Positions 34,782 to 40,475 of a DNA stretch of 40,475 nucleotides are shown here, in pieces. How positions within the stretch are numbered: the first letter of the stretch is position 1; every line of letters begins with the position of its first letter. Below the pieces are notes generated by a model. That model worked only from the letters and a program-made list of their open reading frames with translations. It was not told where the DNA came from and did no database searches. The stretch is from Catajapyx aquilonaris (Eukaryota): positions 1-40,475 of the forward strand of contig KZ538931.1 in assembly GCA_000934665.2 (NCBI GenBank), written 5' to 3'. Position numbers and translations under genes: made by a program.

Positions 34782-37222
34782 ATGGGTTGGTATTTGAAAT
34801 TCTTCTTTTCTTGTATGCTTTTTTGTAATTATGATCCTGATTTCAGCCCAGACGGCAAGGAGGAGGAACCAGAGGAAGAGCCAGAGGAAGAGCCAGAGAA
34901 TGAAGGTTTCTCGTCTTCATTTGACTGAAAGGAAGCTTTTCAAGTCCTTCTATGCCCCCAAGAGGGCCATTAGTGCATACCTGGCCTTCACACAGAGCTA
35001 CAGGAATTATTTGATTCAGGAAGAGAAGCCCATTCCCCCGGTAAAATATTTTTGCCATTTCTTCTAATGCTGGAGAAAATGTGAGAATGTCACTAATAAC
35101 TCACAATTTTTGGTTTTCTGTTTCCTGATACCCACTACCGTATTTACGCGCATATAAAACGCACACGCACATAAGATGCACCCCAGGTTTGAGGCGAAAA
35201 ATTGTGGAAAATCGGTTGTTGACTTATATAAGACGCACCCATATTTATTGCCGTAGTTTGGGAACTGGTCTCGAGCTGCTGGCAGCAACCTCGTGTGCAA
35301 TGCATGTGCGTGTGAATCCATTAGAAGCCAGTAAAGGGGGGGGGGGGNNNNNNNNNNNNNGGGGGGGGGGGGGGGCAAGTGTAAAATGGGACAATGGTAC
35401 CCATCTGAAACATATAGGTGGCAAGGTCACACCGGAATTGTGCACGTGTGTGGACGGGGAGATGTTTTAAAATTTTTCAATAAATGATTTCCACTAGTTG
35501 TGCCCTGCCGTATAAGACGCACCCTACTTTTTGAGCTACAAAAATCGGAAAAAAGGTGCGTCTTATCTGCGCGTAAATACGGTATGTACATTTCTGGAAT
35601 GGCCCTCCTGTTATTTTATGGCAAGATCACATCACCCAGCAACGAACATCAGATAATGCACTTCTGGAATAATTTGTAGGACACTGTTTACTGGGTGGCT
35701 AGATTTGTAACATTTGTGATGAATAACAGAATGATGTATTTTTGATGACACAGCAATATGATTTAATTATGGAAAGACCTGTAGCATGTGGCCCCTTTCT
35801 TCATTTGACAAATCTTGTCTTTGAACAAAACAGAATACATCCAGCGTCGGATTTCCCATTAGGCACAGTAGGCACTGGCCTAGGGGCGGCCGCGGTTGCA
35901 ATAAATAATATTTCTCAAATACAATAATAAAAAATGATGGCGAGATCACAAAGAAAAACAACATGTTGAGAGCTTGATTTGCCACTACATGCACAAAAGG
36001 TAATTGCCAAAGGGCGGCCGCCCTCTGGGCGGCCATAACTTTCTATCTGAATAAGGATTTGTACAGTCAGATAATAGCAGACAAGTCTGTTATACCCAGA
36101 TTCAACTGTGCTTGGACATCGGCACTGCTGGAAATATTAAGGGACCGATCTTTCTACTTGCTTATATCCGATGTGCTTATACAGTATAGGAGGATTCCAC
36201 TGTACTTTGTCAGTTATTACATTCTAACATTCACCTAAGATTGTGTACCCAAAGAAAATTCCGCCTGCGGCGGGCTTATTCCGTTTGGGAGGGGGGGCGA
36301 AATCAGAAATTACTTTCTAAGGGGGCCCGATGTGGCAAAGTTTGAGAAACGCGGCATTAAATGAAGGAGAGAACCCAATAAAAAAATTGAATTTTTAAAC
36401 GTCAGGCAGGGGGGGGCGTATCTCAAGTGCCTAAGGGCAGCTGGGGGGGNTGGGGGTGGGGGGGGGGTAAATCCGGCGCTGAATACATCATAATTTAATT
36501 TCAATGGGAACCTCAATTTTTTTAACTTACTCGTATGTGTTGTTTTTCTTATCGCCCTCGCACTGTCATCAACTCATCATCATCACTGATTGTAGGGATG
36601 TGCTGAATTAAAATTATTGTCGAATTTATATATCAACTTGACCCATTTCAGGTGCCTGAATTTGCTAAATTGTGCAGCTTGAAGTGGAAGAACATGTCAG
36701 AGGATGAAAAAGCTCCCTTTAGGGAGCAGGCCGAGGATGATTTCAAGAGGTATGAGTCAGAAAAGGCAGTATTTGCCAACCCAACTGGCCAGACGAGCAA
36801 TAAGCGCCCAATGTCTGCCTTCCTGCTCTTTTATCAGGACATCCGCCAAGTACGTGGTATATAAAATAAATGATTGTACTCGAGTGTTGTACTCTTGTCA
36901 CCAGCATGTTGAATCCACTTCACAGTGGGAACTGGGAAGTTATACTGTGCACCTGCTTTTGGCAGTGGTCTTACCATGAAATTCTTTCAGGAACTGGTCG
37001 ACGAATTCCCAGGTCTCAGCATGGTAGCCATCTCCCGCCTCGCTGGACAAAAATGGAGGGCAAGCCCAGAGTCGACTAAATCACGGTACAAATGCATGGC
37101 TGAACGTGCAATGACAATCTATAAAGTGAAAGAGCAGGTAACTTACCCACACTAATGGAAAAGTCGTAGACATTAATCTGACAATTTGTTTATTTCAGAG
37201 CATGTCAAGGAGGGGGAGGTAG
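34782..37222 (+). CDS. Divergent HMGB-like protein with two HMG boxes, an Arg-rich N-terminus and no acidic tail
   Basis: Exons 34782-34785 (ATGG, tentative; alternative ATG at 34900), 34847-35040, 36652-36849, 36991-37137, 37199-37222. Box A: APKRAISAYLAF...EFAKLCSLKWKNMSEDEKAPF...DFKRYESE. Box B: KRPMSAFLLFYQDIR...PGLSMVAISRLAGQKWR...KSRY. AATAAA at 37334. Confidence 0.85.
35138..35582. mobile_element. Tc1/mariner-pogo-type MITE, TIRs related to those of 3094-3222
   Basis: TA-CCGTATTTACGCGCATATAAAACGCAC...GTGCGTCTTATCTGCGCGTAAATACGG-TA with internal TAAGACGCAC repeats; contains a poly-G/N gap. Confidence 0.85.
35842..36481. mobile_element. hAT-type MITE with a probable nested pogo-like fragment (about 36062-36204)
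   Basis: TIR CAGCGTCGGATTT...AAATCCGGCGCTG with 8-bp TSD AATACATC (35834-35841 and 36482-36489); internal TACAGT...GGATTCCACTGTA. Confidence 0.85.
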
Positions 37223-37393
37223 GAGGATTTGTCTACAGCCAAGCTGTTCATCTTTAGACCTTTAGAAATTTAAATGTCAAGTCGTGTAGGAGTTGATAAA
37301 TTCATGTGCTGTAATGGGAGGTTATTCTCCCCAAATAAATTTTCCTTACAGACTGCCACACAGCTCATTTTAATTTTATCTGTCGTTCCTCAC

Positions 37394-37720
37394 CTGCGGG
37401 GGTGGATTCGTCGTTCGTCGTAACTGGTCGTAACTATTAGTAACTATGGTTACTGCCGGTTATAGTGAACGACTTTTGATGAATACATCCCCCTGGATGC
37501 CTCTTCCACGGTGTCAGCCATTGTGCTCTTCACAAGGTGCTGCAACACTGGTCATACTTCCCGCATTTTCCTGACCAATCAAACGCGATCTGTCTGGTCA
37601 GCCAATCATCGTCTGCGGGTGTGTTTGTCGGACGGTGTCTCCCTCTGTCCCGAACCAGCCGAACTACCCGGGGATGAATCAGCTGTGCCAAGGTCTTCCT
37701 TCCTGCTCCAGCAGCTGCCT
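37394..37720. promoter_or_regulatory. CpG-rich promoter-like region with paired CCAAT boxes; target gene unclear
   Basis: CCAATC at about 37576 and 37602; degenerate X-box GTAACTATGGTTAC at 37440; minus-strand donor CAG|GTGAGG at 37394. Confidence 0.4.
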
Positions 37721-39839
37721 CTCGCAAAATAGTGGGCTGATGTGTTTGCAGTTTTTGCCTCAGGTACAATCTAAAAAAGAGCACAAACTGCGCCTCTCCC
37801 TTCCGGAGTGTGGGAGGAAGTCACGGAGGCTATTTACGTAACATCGCCCAGTTTTCTTCCTGGTTGGTGGTGCCATCCACTCTTCGATGCTTCCAAGGCA
37901 CCGGGTAGATTGAGCATGGCGTCGTCGTGTTGTTATTATTAGAGGAGAGGGCTGAGGGGTCAATTGGGTGGGCCTTGGATTATTGGGGGGGAGGCACTGA
38001 CCACCAACAAGAGGGCTATTGCTCTGGCCTGGTTTCGTGGGGCTCTTGAAACAGATGGCTAGGCAGATCTGGAACAATGCACATGTTGATGCGAATTCTT
38101 CACATTCAGAGTGTTTGTGCTCTTCTGGCTTTGTCTGGGGCGTATTGAAGTTGGTGGTGTCAGGGCAGAAGAATTTTCAAGGAGAAACAGTTTGCTAGCT
38201 CTGCTACTACATGATGAACTTTTTGTCCCAGCAGCTGTGTTTTACTAAGGCAGAGACTGTTTTTTGAACATGATGTAATTGTCATTATTTACAGAGAATT
38301 CTCATACAGATGGTGAGTCAGCAGTGAGCAAATGCTGATGTTATTAGTCACTGACATATTTATTTAACAGCAGTTTGAGATATTGGGATCGTGTGTTATT
38401 TGTGATATTGAATGAGATGATTCTTAGAGCACTAAGATTAGCAAAGTTGCTGGCTGTATCTTCTACTCTGCTCACAAACTGACAAGTAATGACGGTGGTT
38501 TATTCATGAATGCATCCAGTTAACAGGTACTCAAAGTATTGAAATAAGACATTGTGAAGTTGTGTGGACAATAAAAATTCAACATAAGGCTCCTGCCACG
38601 TGAGGATATGCATTCACATATCTAATGCAACCAAGTTAACCAAGTACTGATTGTGGTCCAATAGTGGGTCGTGAAGGCCATCCAGCTGAACTGCAAACAA
38701 ATAAATATTCAAGTTCTTGGCCGGAGTTTTATGGACAAATGAAAATTTGGTCAGTCAGGTATGTGAGCCGAGGGATCTTTTTCTCCAACTAAGTGGGCTA
38801 CAGTCAACAAGTTTCCGGTACAAAATTCAAAGGTTGAAGAACATATCGTTGCTGGCAATCCAATACCTCGTATCTACGAAGAACCCAACTTTACAGGAGA
38901 AGGAAATAACTATTTCTTAAAGTCCTGGCACACAACAGAAAATCCCTAATTTTTCCCCCAGCCTTACAGCTCCTAAGAATTACATTTCCTTGACTGAACA
39001 GATGTACATATGGGGCTTGTATTGACTACTGCAAAACCATGGAAAACTGGAAGTCAGCCAAAATGCGAGATACGGGGTATTGGATTGCCAGCGACGATAT
39101 TTAATGGGTTTGTCAGGAATTAATTCACTGTTCTTTTATTATCGGAAGTTCATCCACCAATTAGTACATATGCAAATGATGTCATGAATTGCTAAACTAT
39201 CTAGAATGCCTAATTAAAGGAATGAGTAACATGCCAATGTGTACATCTTGTGCAAAAATGTCAGCTTCATGGTGCACATATCCACCAATAACAATTAGGT
39301 ACTTCAGATTATTTACATGTAATTTGTATAAATTCGAACAATCCAGAGCTCATCACATCATGTTTGTTATTTGGCAAGTGACTTGTGCTTATTGTGTGAA
39401 CGAAGCTTCTCAATGCACAGGTGGAACTGAGCTTGACTATGGCATTGTAATAGCCAACACTGCCCCACATTGCTTACCAAACATACTACATGCACACACC
39501 TGGATGAGCACACCATGGAGCAAAGAGAATGAGTGAGCAAATTGTGAGAATGGCACCAAGGCCAACAAGTCAAGGTTTGGCAAGGAGGGTTGGACTTGGC
39601 CAAGAGATACGTGAGAGTTTAGATGGGATTGGTGGGTGGGGTGTAGGAAAAAGGAGGCGGGACTTGGACAACATGTGTCTGGGGAAGTATGCAAAGAGAG
39701 TCAGACTCCCAGCATGGTGAGGGAAGCATGGCACCAATATATCCCAGGTCTATAAAGTAGTGTAAATAATAGTGTGTATACAAGGTATCATCATTGTGAT
39801 AAATGTCCGCAGGAAAACTCTACTGTGGGGGTTTCCACA

Positions 39840-40000
39840 CTATGATGAGGCCATGACCATCGAGGCAACTTCACCGCCGCCACCAGTGAGCGTCAGCACA
39901 ACACCTCTGAACGGGACATCTGCGTGGGAGATATCAGTCGTTAACCTGCCACCACCATTGACCCTGGTGCTGTTATCATTGCAGCTGCCATGGATTTTAC
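39840..40000 (-). CDS. Possible terminal coding exon of a gene extending beyond the window
   Basis: CAG acceptor at 40001 followed by an open frame KIHGSCNDNSTRVNGGGRLTTDISHADVPFRGVVLTLTGGGGEVASMVMASS*; GC-richer than its flanks, but the polypyrimidine tract is weak and no family was recognised. Confidence 0.3.
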
Positions 40001-40340
40001 CTGTGGCATATTTTCAACTCCCAAGGACTACCAAGATAGTGTGAGAATTTTATTATATTATTTTTTTTAAAGTGGTGGGTAATCAAAAGAATTAGTACAT
40101 TTGTCATACAAGGGTGAGACACTTGAAAAATTGCAGAACATTTGGGGGGCTCCCAACAACAGTGGTTCAAGTGACAAAATGTTGTGTCCAAGGAAATGGG
40201 ACTTGAATTTAATGACATACACTGAAGTCATATTATGTCATCAAATATGAATCTTTGTGGTTCAAGTTGTCCGGGAATGTTTCTGCACAACAATCAGTAT
40301 TGCACATGAAAGATGGTATTGCGACGATGCTAATGGTATA

Positions 40341-40475
40341 CAGGGTGTTTACGACCTAACTTTACAAACTTCCAGGGGTAATAGAGGGGACCAAGACAAA
40401 CATTTTTGACATAGGAAACCGTGTCCGGAAACGCCATCTAGAGGGGGTTCATAGACGAGGAACGGGTGCGCTCAG
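40341..40475. mobile_element. Left end of a Tc1/mariner-type MITE, truncated by the window edge
   Basis: TA-CAGGGTG terminus, similar to the element at 26556. Confidence 0.55.

Overview
Eukaryotic, intron-containing animal genomic DNA, probably from an arthropod and likely an insect; the species cannot be determined from the sequence. Exons were joined by hand using GT-AG sites and phase. Gene order: (-) a novel protein of about 575 aa with Gly/Gln decapeptide repeats and a C-terminal RIIa/Dpy-30-like docking motif; (+) DNAJC2/MPP11; (+) a SPATA1-like gene greatly enlarged by a repeat-rich exon; (-) TRIR/C19orf43; (+) NDUFAF2; (-) SMIM15, with a 60-aa upstream ORF; (+) a divergent two-HMG-box protein with an Arg-rich N-terminus. 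Three head-to-head pairs share CpG-rich promoters with NRF1-like motifs. Introns contain many MITEs (hAT with 8-bp TSDs, Tc1/mariner/pogo with TA TSDs) and several long hairpins. The most intriguing but speculative signal is a structured region in a SPATA1 intron (about 15.9-16.3 kb) containing a TTAGG-telomere template-like decamer (CTAACCTAAC) in a telomerase-RNA-like context. All calls come from manual reading; no searches or folding programs were run.
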